Shown: piece by piece, positions 1 to 14,685 of the stretch
Layout: each line of letters begins with the position of its first letter
Position numbering within the stretch: position 1 is the stretch's first letter
Origin: the human T2T-CHM13v2.0 reference genome, Homo sapiens
Strand: one strand, 5' to 3'
DNA length: 64,000 nt
NCBI RefSeq assembly: GCF_009914755.1
Contig: NC_060947.1
Notes under the pieces: model-generated
Told to the model about the DNA's origin: nothing
What the model saw: only the letters and a program-made list of their open reading frames with translations
Databases searched by the model: none
Program-made: the position numbers and the translations under genes

Positions 1-357
<357 letters not shown>

Positions 358-2328
358 TTAATGTGAAAACTCAGGAGCCAAGTTAATGTTCTTTTCTAGA
401 CGTAAGTAAATCCTGCACGGCAACGGGCCACAAAGCAGGGAGATCTCTTAGGTTGGTAAATGTAGGGATTTAAGAATTCTTGGTGATGATGGGATATAAG
501 AGATCCCTAGTTTCACAACCAAGTTTGTCAGATAGGTAAATTCAGGTCAGAGAGGTTTTAAGTGTTTGAACCAAGACTAGAAAAAGTACCTACTTAAGTA
601 CAGTCTCCTTTTTCCAGTCTACCTTAGCATTGGGCTAAGCCTTTTTACTCATTAAGTGAAAGGCTGGGAGGGCACATTCCAGAGATGGGAAGCAACAGAA
701 AAGTCAGAAAGTACAAGGAGTTGTGCTGGGCTAGAGAGGAGAGTTTGGGTAATGAGGATATTTGTTGTTTCAGTAACTAAACTCTCCTGGATAAGCTCTA
801 AGAATGTCTGCCTAATCCTGATTTCTATTTTCTAGTCCTTACAGTCAGAATATGTTCTAGGGGTTATGCTTCCTACATACGGGCAAAAGGTTAACAGCCT
901 TTCAGAGATTCTCAAGAAGTGACTCATTCAGAGTCCTCTAGACAGCATTTAATTCTTTAACTATAGATGGGGTTTGACCGGGTGGGAGTGTCATTGGTCT
1001 TACAGCTCCAATTAATTATTTTACCTTCCTCTTTTCCACTCACTTTACATTTTCCCTCCTGAGTTTTAATGATGCAAACAGCACTGAGGCACCATCATCT
1101 TCCATACCTAAACTGAAATGGATTCACATAATAGTTTTACAGCACTGAGCATTCAAGTCACATTTGCTGTCTGGTTTGCCTAGCTCTGCTTAATGGCCAA
1201 CAGAAAATACTCTCAGAGACCTTTATAGGAAAGCAGAGGACTTCTTAACATAATAATAGCATCTTAACAATTCGCTGGAATGCATTATGGGCTTAGCTGG
1301 TTTTAAGATTCTGGCCCTTTCCAAGCTTCTGATGTACTTTTTTTCTTCTCACTCCCCAAAATGAACCTCATTCTCTTAATTTATCAGTCACTCAAAATCT
1401 GAGTGACTTGAAAATTGAAGACCATCCACTTGGATAAATTATTTGGTGTAATAATGCCTAACGATACAACCTAAATAATCATAGCAAACCCTGCCCTCAA
1501 GATCCCAGTCCCATATCCTATTACCCCATAAGGCTATTGAATCAGCCTAACTTACAGAATAACTGGTTCTTAGGTACTGCCAATGAACTGCAGTGTTGAC
1601 AGTAAAATTACATGTACTATTTATCAGCTTAAAGATCTATTGTAGTCCTAGAGGACAATCACAGAGATGGCTGCTGCTTAAATGCAGATGGCTGGAACTC
1701 CAGTTACAATGACTGACCTGAAGTACAGTAGCTAGTGAGGGAGCTCAGGTACTAATGACATCCTTAAAAGAATGCATCTGAAATTTTCAACAGATACATG
1801 CTCATGATGAATACTTTGAATGACAAAAAAAGCTTAAAGTGGCTGTCTGCACTTACTGAAAAGGAAGTGGGAAAAATATTTCTTTCACTTAGTTTTAGGG
1901 GAAGTGATGTATAACAGTTGCTGGGGTTGGGGAAGGGATGTAGTTAATTATACACAGCACTAGTTTCCTGATTGAATAGGATATCCCAGCTATCACAAGG
2001 TTGCCAATGAGATTAGAGCTTCATAGACACAGAGATGGCCCTTGCAGTGGAAATCATTACATTAGGTGTCAGGTGATGGAAATCACAAGCAAGGAATGCA
2101 AACCCCCATTGGCAGACCCAGATTAGAGTCAGCCATGGAGTTAAATTATTACGTGAAATGCCATTCTGCTATTAAAACACAAAGAGACAAAGAGACAAGC
2201 CAAACTGCCCTTTAAACATGTAAACACCAAGCTTCCACTGAGGGAATTTATTTGTCCTTTACATGTAGGCAATACTCAGTAGCTATTGCCTCTAATGATC
2301 CTCCAGGGCTAGAGAAAAAGATGGAAGA

Positions 2329-2711
2329 TGTCATAGTCAGCTCAGGTTGCCATAACAGATACCAAAGACTGGGTTGCCTAAACAACAGAAACGTATGTTC
2401 ACACAGTTCTGGAGGCTGCAAAGTCCAAGAAAAAGTCCAGCAAGGTTTTGTTTCTGGTGAGGCCTCTCTTCCTGACTTGCAGATGTGGTCATTTGTCTTC
2501 TTGTGGCCTTTTCTTGGTGTGTATGTACGTATGGGAAGAGAAAGAGATCTCTCCTTGTAAGGCCACCAATTCTATCAGATTAGAAGCCTACCTTTATGAC
2601 TTCATTTAACTTTAATTACCTCCTAAAAGCTTTATCTCCAAATACAGTCGTATTGGGGGTTAGAGCTTCAAAATATAAATTTTGCAGGAAAATACAATTC
2701 AGTCTGTAACA
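2329..2711 (-). mobile_element. MaLR LTR (MLT1A/B-like)
   Basis: tgtcatagtc...gccataacagataccaaagactggg...cacagttctggaggctg...caattcagtctgtaaca; TG..CA ends. Confidence 0.85.
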
Positions 2712-3797
2712 GAGGTAATGCCCTTTTGGGTTGGGAGTGAGTATGATTATTTTGTTCCAGTGAGACTTGTTTTCTCTACGTGGAAATAATCCACAGAATA
2801 TAATAAGCAAAAGGGGTATAATCAGGGTCCTGCAGTGATCTATTAAACACACTGCCCATGTAGAACATAAGTAAGTGCACAGTAGTGTTTAATAGCAAAT
2901 TTTTCAAAGAGCCAAATAAATCTTGGCAATATTAGTTCAGGTACATCAAACTGTGGATGTCTGGATCCTCCTCCCCAAATATCTGAGCCCTCCCATTTTC
3001 TAACTCTTCTCTCTCACAATCCCTGGCTGCTAATAGGGAAGGTGTGATGACAATTGGTTTGGGCCTTTTCCTTCTTCCTATCTGTGGACCCCTTGACATT
3101 CCCCACCGTCAGTCCTTTGTGACCCATATGATTTTATTTTCTGAAAACCCAAAGCTAGAGATTCCTAGGAAGAGCCAATTAGGGGATTTCTCTTTGTTAG
3201 AAGCTAGACTAGCAGCCCTGTGACTCACAGGCAGAGATTTGGGACAGGAATTCAGCATTTGAAATTACATACAATCATAAGGTATACCTCAGGTGAGTCA
3301 TCCTTAATGTAAATTTTAAAAGTCATTCAAAAGTTATTTGCTCAAAGAACCTTGGCATAAGGCAGTTGAAAAAAACAAATGATAGGCACTGTTCATTATC
3401 AGCTGCTATTATGGCTGTTGTCACTATATTCAATCTTTCTTCCTTTTACTACCAACGGCCCATTTCCTCTTAAGGGAAAATAAAAGGCAAGTCAGTCTTC
3501 ACCTTGAAAAATTTCGCTTAAATTCTTGTGAAACATATTAATTCAACAGAGCTTCTAAGACTGGTGAGTGCCAATTAAACATGGCCCCCAAATGCATTCA
3601 CAGGTCTGGCTAAGTAACCCAGGCTCTCTGGAGTCTTTATTCTACTATCCCTTGCAGCCATAGCATGCTAGACACTGATACATAAACTAAACAAGATCTT
3701 TTATGAGTCAGCCTTTGCATGCACTCTATCATCTACATAGAGACCCCTATGCTTCAGCAAACTCCTGATCAATCACTATTCATTTAAAAATGTTTAA

Positions 3798-3938
3798 TTT
3801 TTTTTTTTATTTTACTTTAAGTTCTGGGATACATGTGCAGAATGTGCAGCTTTGTTACATAGGTATACATGTGCCATAGTGGTTTGCTGCACCTATCAGT
3901 CCTTCATCTAGGTTTTAAGCCCTGCATGCATTAGGTAT
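3798..3938 (-). mobile_element. Short 3'-terminal L1PA fragment (L1PA7-10-like)
   Basis: poly-T then tactttaagttctgggatacatgtgcag...tgcattaggtat; degenerate TSD aaaaatgtttaa / aaaaagttttaa. Confidence 0.9.
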
Positions 3939-4384
3939 AAAAAGTTTTAATATTTTAAACAGACTTTATTATTTTAGAAAGTTTTAGATTTTCTAAAACT
4001 AAAACTAATATACCACAGGATCAGTAGTGATGACCTCTCTCTTTCATTTCTGGTATTAGTAATTTGTGGCTTTGTTTTATTTGTTAGCCTTGCTAGAAGT
4101 TTGTCGATTTTACAGAGCTTTCCAAAGAACCAGATTTTGGTTTTGTTGATTTTCTCATTCTCTATTGTTTTCCTATTTTTAATTTCAGTGATTTCCCCTT
4201 TAATTCATATTGTCTCTTTTACTTATGTTTGCCTTAGGATTAAATTGTTCTTCTTTCTCTAGTTTCCTAAAGTATAAGCTAAACTAATTGATTTGAGATC
4301 TTTCTTCTTTTCTAGTATACGTATTTAACGCTATAAATTTTCCTCTAAGCATTGCTTTTGCTACATCCCTACAGATTTTGGTAA

Positions 4385-4880
<496 letters not shown>

Positions 4881-5520
4881 TATATATTCTTTTAAATTTG
4901 TTTAGGTGTTTCATATGGACCAGAACCTGTTCTATAATGATGAATGTTCCATGTGAGCTTGAGAATATGTATGCTACTGTTGTCAAAGTAATCTATAAAT
5001 GTCAATTAGATCAAGTTGATTTATGGTGCTGTTCAAGTCAACCACACATTACTGATTTTCTGCCTGCTTGATCTATTAATTAAAGAGGTGTGTTAAAACC
5101 TCCAAGTATAAATAGTGGAGGTCTATTCTTCTTGCAGTTCTATCAGCTTTTGTCTTACACATTTCAACAAACTATTGTTAGATACACACAGATTAAGGAT
5201 TGTTATGTCTTACTGGTGAATTGACCCCTTTTATCATTATGCAATGCCTACTTTTATCCCTGAAAAAATTCCATGTTCTGAAGTTTGCTCTGTCTGAAAA
5301 TGATATAGTTAACTCCATGTTTCTTTTGATTTATCTTCCTCCATCTCTTTCCTTATGAAGTACTTAAATCTTTAGACGACATATATTTGGGGCCTTAGTT
5401 TTTCATCTACTTTGGCAGTCTTTTTTAATCTACATATTCATACAATTCACATTCAAAGTGATTATTGACATAGATGGATTAATAACTACTATGTTGGTAA
5501 CCATTTTCTATTTATTGTTC

Positions 5521-5828
5521 TTTATCTTTCTTTTTTCTTTTTGAGATAGAGTCTCACTCTGTTGCCCAGGCTAGAGTGCAGTGGCGTGATCTCAGCTTGT
5601 TTCACTGCAATTTCTGCCTCCTGGGCTCAAGCAATCCTCCCACCTCAGCCTCCCTAGTAGCTGGGATTACAGGCGTCTGCCACCATACCTGGGTAATTTT
5701 TATATTTTTAGTAGAGACAGGGTTTTGCAATGTTGGCCAGGCTGGTCTCGAACTCCTGACCTCAAGTGATCCACCTGCCTCGGCCTCCCAAAATGCTGAG
5801 ATTACAGTGTGAGCCACTGTGCCCAGTC
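5521..5828 (-). mobile_element. Alu SINE
   Basis: Full dimeric antisense Alu. Confidence 0.96.
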
Positions 5829-6009
5829 TCTTTTCTCTTCCCCTCCATTTCTGCCATCTCTGGTTTTAACTGAGCATTTCATACGATCTCCTTTCATCCC
5901 CTCTCCTAGCATATTAATAATACTTTTACCAAAGTAAGACAAAAAACTTCAGGAGCTCCTAATACAAGTTGAGTCTCTCTCAATCATTTTATTGTAACAG
6001 GAGGCATGA

Positions 6010-6243
6010 TAACACACATAGCAGTTAAGAGCAACTGCTCTATTGTTCCAATGCCTGTGGTTTAAATCCAAAAGCCTCACTGGATGAACAATAACCCAAC
6101 CTCTTTAAGGCTCAGCATCTTATCTCACATTTATACACTGAGAACTAGACTTTACCTTACCAGGTAGCTGTAAGAATTTAACGTATTTGCACTTTGGCTG
6201 GCACATATTAAGCACTCAACAAATGCTAATTGTTATTGTTGTT
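6010..6243 (+). mobile_element. MIR SINE
   Basis: gcagttaagagc...tttaaatcc...aacctctttaaggctcag...ggcacatattaagcactcaacaaatgcta. Confidence 0.75.
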
Positions 6244-6633
6244 GGTGCCATTACTTCACAGAACCAAAATCTGGTGACAAAGTTGACAATGTCAAAAAGA
6301 ATCCAAGCATCCTAGATTTGGAGGCTCCCTGGGATCACAGGATCGCTCTAGGTACAAAACAGTCTATTAAATTAATTCTTAGGACTTCTCTCCCCCTAAA
6401 GTTCTTGGCTAGCCAGGCCACTTTTCTGAGTGACTTCAAACCCTCAAAGATCCAGACTACTCCATAAACGGGTTCAGGACCTAGATAAGGACTTCTGTTT
6501 AACAGAAGCTTGCTTACCTTCCACTCTTCCTCTTCCTTAAAATCACTGACAATGATCTCCAACAGATTGTTACAAAGGAATGAATGATCTCAGACTTACG
6601 ATACAAGAAAATGCTAATAATTTGGAGGTATAA

Positions 6634-6999
6634 GAGTGCTAATAATTGCTAATACCCTATGGTTCTGCTCTGTTGAAATGCAGCCTGTTCAGCAGATTAG
6701 TATAAGAGCACAGAAGACTGACAACAGGCCATTGCCAAATCCTTCCCTGCAACCCAAAATTTCCCAAGTCCAAGATGCTAAATGGCAGAAATAGGCATTA
6801 ATCAAACTGGTATTCAATACTGCAGTGAAATGAAGATTTAGTGTATGAGAATAGTTTTTATTTTTATGTAAGCACTTCTCTAAGAGCCTGAAGCCCTCTT
6901 CTGCTGTAGCAGGAGACAGTGTGACATACAGGAGTCCTAATAATTCCTAATACCCTATGGTTCTGCTCTGTTGAAATGCATTCTGTTCAGTAGGTTAAT
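6634..6999 (+). repeat. Dispersed ~67-bp direct repeat (6634-6701 and 6932-6999)
   Basis: ctaataccctatggttctgctctgttgaaatgca identical in both copies, offset 298 bp. Confidence 0.95.
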
Positions 7000-7507
7000 G
7001 CTGAAAGTACTAAAATCTGACACTAGATCTTGCCTTGAAATTAGACAAAAATAAAAAGAAACCATTATTCACCACAGTATAAATATTTTACTTAAATGTT
7101 ATTTTTCTAATGCTAATGATCTAATAATTTACTTTTTCTTCCTGGATAGCAAAAAAGAAAAATCCTTCTTCTTACAGTTGTTTCAAATGCTTATATAGAA
7201 CATTATAACTGCACTTTAAAATCTTTACATTTAGAAATTGGGTACTATATTATCAGTCCAGGAGGCACTGCTGTGAAAGATAATTTACTATTCTAAAATA
7301 TCTATTTAAAATAAAGATAATTAAAGAAAACATAAGAGAAAAAAATTAATATTTTTTAAAGTTGCATTAATTCATGTAAAAAATTCACTAACAAATATAC
7401 TGGGGCAATCTTAAAGGCAAACCCTTTCCAAACTCTGTAAAAGCTAAGTTTATCTTAATATTATCAGAATAGTTTAAGACTCAGTTTCAGAATACACTAA
7501 AGCTAAA

Positions 7508-7818
7508 TAGTTGGTCCTCTGTATTCCATGGGTTCTGTATCTGTGGATTCAACTAAGGATCAAAAATATTCAGAAAAAAAATCCCAAAAAGTTTCAAAAA
7601 GCAAAACTTTGAATCTTCAGGAATGAATTGATATGTAGTCACTGTATTATATTAGGTATTCTAAGTAATCTAGAGATTATTTAAAGTACACAGGAGGACA
7701 TAGGTAGATTATATGCAAATATTATGCCATTTTACATATGGGATTCAAGCATCCAAGGATTTTGGTATCTGTGGGGATTCCTGGAACCAATCCCCCAGAG
7801 ATACCAAAGAACAATTGT
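7508..7818 (-). mobile_element. MER2-like Tigger-family non-autonomous DNA transposon
   Basis: ggtcctctgtattccatgggttctgtatctgtggattcaac ... ggattttggtatctgtggggattcctggaaccaatccccc. Confidence 0.85.
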
Positions 7819-9483
7819 ATTTATGGTGGTTTTTCTAAATATTAATAACAAAAAAGTTTGCTCATTACCTTGACACATGTTAAAAAAAAGAAAGACTATA
7901 ACAGGAATTTATTAATTGGTTGGTTGGTTGAAGTTAATGATTTCTCAAGTCCTAAGATACTGTACTCTGGAACACCTTCTCTTCTTCTTAAATCCAGATA
8001 TGCAAAAGCATGGTCATTTGAGAGTCTTTCATGAAAGCTCCAATGAGGCAGAATGAATAGCAATGTGTGCTGAGGGTCTTATTTCTCTCAATCACTTTTA
8101 AGTATGGAAGACATGCTGACACGCCCCCATCTGTCACTTTCAAAATTACAATCTGTATTGTAATGATTGTAAAGTGAGGAATGGCATGTGAAATGTTTGC
8201 CCTAATAAGAGCAGCTTATGGGGGAAAGATGGCCGAATAGGAACAGCTCCAGTCGGCAGCTCCCAGCAAGACCAACGCAGAAGGCGGGTGATTTCTGCAT
8301 TTCCAACTGAGGTACCCTGTTAATCTCACTGGGACTGGTTAGGCAGTGGGTGCAGCCTACAGAGGGCGAGCAGAAGCAGGGTGGGACATCACCTCACCCA
8401 GGAAGTGCAAGGAGCTGGGGGGCCTCCCTTTCCCAACCAAAGGAAGCCATGAGGGACTTTGCTATCCAGCCTAGACACTACACTTTTCCCAGGGTTTCTG
8501 CAATCCAGAGATCAGGAGATTCCCTCTGTGCTTATACCACCAGGCCCCTGGGTTTCAAGCAAAAAACCGGGCGACTGTTAGGGCAGACACTGAGCTAGCT
8601 GCAGGAGGTTCCCCCTCACCAGTGGTGCCTGGAACCTGAGCGAGACAGAACCATTCATTCCCCTGAAAAGTTCCCTCCCCACTCAGCAGGTCCCACTCCC
8701 ATGAAGCCCAGTAAGCTAAGAACCACTGGCTTGAAATTCTCACAGCCAGCACAGCAGTCTGAAGTCGACCTGAGACAATCGAGCTTGGCGTGGGGAGGGG
8801 CTTCCACCATTAATGAGGCTTGAGTAGGTGGTTTTCCCTTCAGTGGTAAGGACTGGGTGGAACTCAACACAGCATGGTAAAGTGGCTGTGGTAAGACTGC
8901 CTCTCTAGATTCCTCTTCACTGGGCAGGGCATCTGTGAAAGAATGGCAGCAGCCCCAGTCAGCGGCTTATAGATAAAACTCCCATCTCCCAGGGACAGAG
9001 CACCTGGGGGAAGGGGCAGCTGTGGGCACAGCTTCAGCTGACTTAAACATCTCTGCCTGCCAGCTCTGAAGAGAGCAGTGGATCCTGACAAGGAGGGTTC
9101 TCTCAGCATAGCACTTGAGCTCTGCTAAGGAACAGACTGTCTCCTCAAGTAGGTCCCTGACCCCTGTGCCTCCTGACTGGGAGAGACTTCCTAAGAGGGG
9201 TTAACAGACACCTCATACAGGAGAGGTCTGGCTGGCAACAGGCCGGCACCCTTCTGGGATGAAGCTTCCAGAGGAAGGAGCAGGCAGCAATCTTTGCTAT
9301 TCTGTAGCCCCCGCTGGTAATACCCAGGCAAGTAGGGTCTGGAGTGGACCTCCAACAAATTGCAGCACACCTGCAGAAGAGGGGCCTGTTAGAGGAAAAA
9401 CTAACAAAGAGAAAGCAATAACATCCACATCAACAAAAAGGACCCCCCCGCCACAAAACCCCTTCCAAAGTAAATCCACAAAG

Positions 9484-10504
9484 ATGAGGAAAAAACAGCA
9501 CAAATTATTGATAATTCCAAAAACCAGAATGCCTCATCTCCACATGATCACAACTCTTCTCCAGCAAGGGCACAAAACTGGATAGAGAAAGAGTTTGATG
9601 AATTGACAGAAGTAGGCTTCAGAGGGCGGGTAATAACAAACTCCTCTGAGCTAAAGGAGTGTGTTCTAACCCAATGCAAGGAAGCAAAGAACACTGAAAA
9701 AAGTTACAGGAACTGCTAGCTAGAATAATCAGTTTAGAGAAGAACAAAAATGACCTGATGGAGCTGAAAAACACAGCACAGGAACTTTGTGAAGCATACA
9801 CAAGTATCAACAGCCGAATCGATCAAGTGGAAGAAAGGATATCAGAGATTGATGATCGACTTACTGAAATAAGGTGTGAGGACAGGATTAGAGAAAAAAG
9901 GATGAAAGGGAATGAACAAAGCCTCCAAGAAATATGGGACTATGTGAAAAGACCAAACCTACGATTGATTGGGGTACCTGAAAGTGATGGGGAGAATGGA
10001 ACCAAGTTGGAAAACACACTTCAGGATATTATCACGGAAAACTTCCCCAACCTAGCAAGACAGGCCAACGTTCAAATTCAGGAAATACAGAGAACACCAC
10101 TAAGATATTCCTCAAGAAGAGCAACCCCAAGACACATAATCATCATATTCTCCAAGGTTGAAATGAAGGAAAAAATGTTAAGGTCAGCCAGGGAAAAAAG
10201 TCAGGTTACCTACAAAGGGAAGCCCATCACACTAACAGTGGATCTCTCTGCAAAAAACCTACAACCCAGAAGAGAGTGAGGGCCAATATTCAACATACTT
10301 AAATAAAAGAATTTTCAACCCAGAATTTCATATCCAGACAAACTAAGGTTCACCAGTGAGGGAGAAATAAAAACCCTTACAGGCAAGCAAATGCTGAGGG
10401 ATTTTGTCACCAACAGGCCTGCCTTACAAGAGCTCCTGAAGGAAGCACTAAACATGGAAAGGAAAAACCGGTACCAGACACTGCAAAAACACACCAAAAT
10501 ATAA
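9484..10504 (+). pseudogene. Disrupted L1 ORF1p
   Basis: ATGAGGAAAAAACAG start; fragment 9758-10279 encodes ...EIWDYVKRPNLRLIGVPE...; stops and frameshifts. Confidence 0.95.
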
Positions 10505-10567
10505 AGACCAATGACACTATGAAAAAACTCCATCAACTAATGTGCAAAATAACCAGCTAGCAGCATG

Positions 10568-13500
10568 ATGACAAGATCAAATTCACACACAAAAATATCA
10601 ACCTTAAATGTAAATGGACAAAATGCCCCAATTAAAAGACACAGACTGGCAAACTGGATAAAGAATAAAGACCCATTGGTATGCTGTAATCAGAAGACCT
10701 ATCTTATGTGCAAAGGCACACATAGGTTCAAAATAAAGGGATGGAGGAATATTTACCAAGCAAATGGAAAGCAAAAAAAGCAGGGGTTGCCATCCTAGTC
10801 TCTGATAAAACAGACTTTGAACCAACAAAGATCAAAAAAGACAAAGAAGGGAATTACATAATGGTAAAGGGATTGATGAAACAAGAAGAGCTAACTATCC
10901 TAAATATACATGCACCCAATACAGGAGCACCCAGATTCATAAAACAAGTTCTTAGAGACCTACAAAGACACTTATAATCCCACACAATAATAGTGGGAGA
11001 CTTTAACACCCCACTGTCAATATTAGACAGCTCAACAAGACAGAAAATTAACACGGATATTCAGGACTTGAAGTCAACTCTGGACCAAGCAGACTTAATA
11101 GACATCTACAGAACTCTCCACCCCAAATCAACAGAATATACATTCTTCTCAGCACCACATCACACTTATTCTAAAATCGACCACATAATTGGAAGTAAAA
11201 CACTCCACAACAAATGCAAAAGAACAGAAATCATAACAGCTTCTCAGACCACAGTGCAATCAAATTAGAACTCAGGATTAAGAAACTCACTCAAAACCAC
11301 ACAACTACATGGAAACTGAACAATCTGCTCCTGAATGACTACTAGGTAGATAATGAAATGAAGGCAGAAATATCAAAGTTCTTTGAAACCAATAAGAACA
11401 AAGACACAACGTACCAGAATCTCTGGGACACAGCTACTAAGCAGTATTAAGAGAGAAATTTATAGCACTAAATACCCACAGCAGAAAGTGGGAAAGATCT
11501 AAAAGTGACACCCTAACATCACAATTAAAAGACCCAGAGAAGCAAGAGCAAGCAAATACAAAATCTAGCAGAAGACAGGAAATAACCAATGTCAGAGCAG
11601 AACTGAAGGAGATAGAGACACATAAAACCTTTCAAAAAATCAGTGAATCCAGGAGCTCATTTTTGGAAAGATTAACAAAATAGATAGAACACTAGCCAGA
11701 CTAATAAAGAAGAAAAGAGAGAAGAATCAAATAGACACAATAAAAAACGATAAAGGGGGTATCATCACTGATGCCACAGAAATACAAACTACCATCAGAG
11801 AATACTATAAACACCTCTATGCAAATAAACTAGAAAGTCTAGATGAAATGGATGAATTCCTGGACACATACACCCGCCCCAAGACTAAACCAGGAAGAAG
11901 TCAAATCCCTGAATAGACCAAAAACAAGTTCTGAAATTGAGGCAGTAATTAATAGCCTACCAACCAAAAAAAGCCCAGGACCAGACAGATTCACAGCCGA
12001 ATTCTACCAGACATACAAAGAGGAGCTGGTACCATTCCTTCTGAAACCATTCCAAACAATAGAAAAAGAGGGACTCCTCCCTAACTCATTTTATGAGGCC
12101 AGCATCAACCTGATACCAAAACCTGGCAGAGACACAACAAAAAAAGAAAATTTCAGGCTAATATCCCTGATGAATATCAATGCAAAAATCCTCAACAATA
12201 CTGGCAAACTGAATCCAGCAGCTAATCAAAAAGCTTATCCACCATGATCACATCAGCTTCACCCTGGGATGCAAGGCTAGTTCAATATACCCAAAACAAT
12301 AAATGTACTCCATCACATAAACAGAACCAATGACAAAAACCACATGAATATCTCAATGGATGCAGAAAAGGCCTTCGATAAAATCCAATACCCCTTCATG
12401 CTAAAAACTCTTAATAAAGTAGGTATTGATGCAACATATCTCAAAATAATAAGAGCTATTTATGACAAACCCACAGCCAATATCATACTGAATGAGCAAA
12501 AGCTGGAAGCATTCCCTTTGAAACTGGCACAAGACAAGGATGCCCTCTCTCACCACTTCTATTCAACATAGTATTGGAAGTTCTGGCCAGAGCCATCAGG
12601 CAAGAGAAAGAAATAAAGGGTATTCAAATAGGAAGAGAGGAAGTCAAATTGTCTCTGTTTGCAGATGACATGATTGTATATCTAGAAAACCCCATCGTCT
12701 CAGCCCAAAATCTCCTTAAGCTAATAAACAACTTCAGCAAATTCTCAGGATACGAAATGAATGTGCAAAAATCACAAGCATTCCTAACACCAATAATAGA
12801 CAAGCAGAGAGCCAAATCATGAGTGAACTCCCATTCACAATTGCTACAAAGATAATAAAACACCTAGGAATACAACTTACAAGGGACATGAAGAACCTCT
12901 TCAAGGAGAACTACAAACCGCTGTTCAAGGAAATCAGAGAGGACACAAATAAATGGAAAAAAATTCCACACTCATGGATAGATGAATCAAAATCATGAAA
13001 ATGGCCATACCACCCAAAGTAATTTATAAATTCAATGCTATTTCCATCAAGCTACCATTTACTTTCTTCACAGAACTACAAAAAACTACTGTAAATTTCA
13101 TATGGAACCAAAAAGCAGCCCACATAACCAAGAGAATCCTAAGCAAAAAGAACAAAGCTGGAGGCACCATGCTACCTGGCTTCAAACTAGTCTACAAGGC
13201 TACAGTAACCCAAACAGCATGGTACTGGTACCAAAACAGATACGTAGACCAATAGAACAGAACAGAGGCCTCAGAAATAACTCCACACATATACAACTAT
13301 CTGATCTGGAGAAATCTGACAAAAACAAGCAATGGGGAAAGCATTCCCTATTTAATAAATGGTGCTGGGAAAACTGGCTAGTGATATGCAGAAAACAGAA
13401 AGTGAATCCCTTCCTTCCACCTTATGCAAAAATTAACTCAAGATGAATTAAAGACTTAAATGTAAAACTCAAAAACCATAAAAACTCTAGAAGAAAACCT

Positions 13501-14384
13501 AGGCAATACCACCCAGGACATAGGGATGGGCAAAGACTTCATGAATAAAACACCAAAAGCAACTGCAACAAAAGCCAGAATTGACAAATGGGATCTAATT
13601 AAACTAAAGAACTTCTGCTCAGCAAAAGAAACTATCATCAGAGTGAACAGGCAACCCACAGAATGGGAAAAAATTTTTGCAGTCTATCCATCTGACAAAG
13701 GGCTAATATCCAGAATCTACAAGGAACTTAAACACATTTACAAGAAAAAAGCAAACAACCCCATCAAAAATTAGGTGAAGAATATGAACAGACAATTCTC
13801 AAAAGAAGACATTTATGCAGCCAACAGACATATGAAAAAAAGTTCATCATCACTGGTCATTAGAGAAATGCAAGTCAAAACCATAATGAGATACCATCTC
13901 ACACCAATTAGAATGGCAATCTTTAAAAAGTCTGTAAACAACAGATGCTGGCAAGGATGTGCAGAAATATGAACTCTTTTACACTGTAGGTGGGAGTGTA
14001 AATTAGTTCAACCATTGTGGAAGACAGTGTGGTGATTCCTCATGGATCTAGAACCAGAAATACCATTTGGCCTGGCAATCCCATTACTGGGTATAGACCC
14101 AAAGGATTATAAATCATTCTACTATAAAGACACACACATACATATGTTTATTGCAGCACTATTTCCAACAGCAAAGACTTGGAACCAACCCAAATGCCCA
14201 TCAATGACCGAATGAATAAAGAAAATGTTGCACATATAGCCATGGAATACTATGCAGCCATAAAAAAGAATGAGTTCATGTCCTTTGCAGGGACATGGAT
14301 AAAGCTGGAAACCATCATCCTCAGCAAACTAACACAGGAACAGAAAACAAACACCGCATGTTCTCACTCATAATTGGCAGTTGA
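10568..14384 (+). pseudogene. Disrupted L1 ORF2p (endonuclease/reverse transcriptase)
   Basis: Fragments with [25 protein letters not shown]; many stops and frameshifts. Confidence 0.96.
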
Positions 14385-14685
14385 ACAATGAGAACACATG
14401 GACACAGGAAGAAGAACATCAGACACAGGGGCCTCTCAGGGAGTGAGGGGAAAGGGAGGGAGAGCATTAAGACAAATACCTAATGCATGTGGGGCTTAAA
14501 ACCTAGATGATGTGTTGATAGGTAGAGCTAACCACCATGGCACATGTATACCTATGTGACGAACCTGCACATTCAGCACATGTATCCCAGAACTTAAAGT
14601 AAAGTTTACAAAGTAAGAGCAGCTTATGTTAACAATGAATTAAAAAAATAGATAAAGAAAACAGTTCCTTAAAGAAGCAGTGCCT

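Larger units (their letters stand above)
8221..14613 (+). mobile_element. Full-length LINE-1 (L1PA7/PA8-like), inactive
   Basis: 5' end ggggaaagatggccgaatagg (YY1 site), 5'UTR, ORF1, ORF2, 3'UTR; perfect 15-bp TSD taagagcagcttatg at 8206-8220 and 14614-14628. Confidence 0.98.

Noticed and set aside
1804-1859. C/D snoRNA-like ATGATGA...CTGA
   Set aside because: Short, no terminal stem, no recognisable guide; expected by chance.
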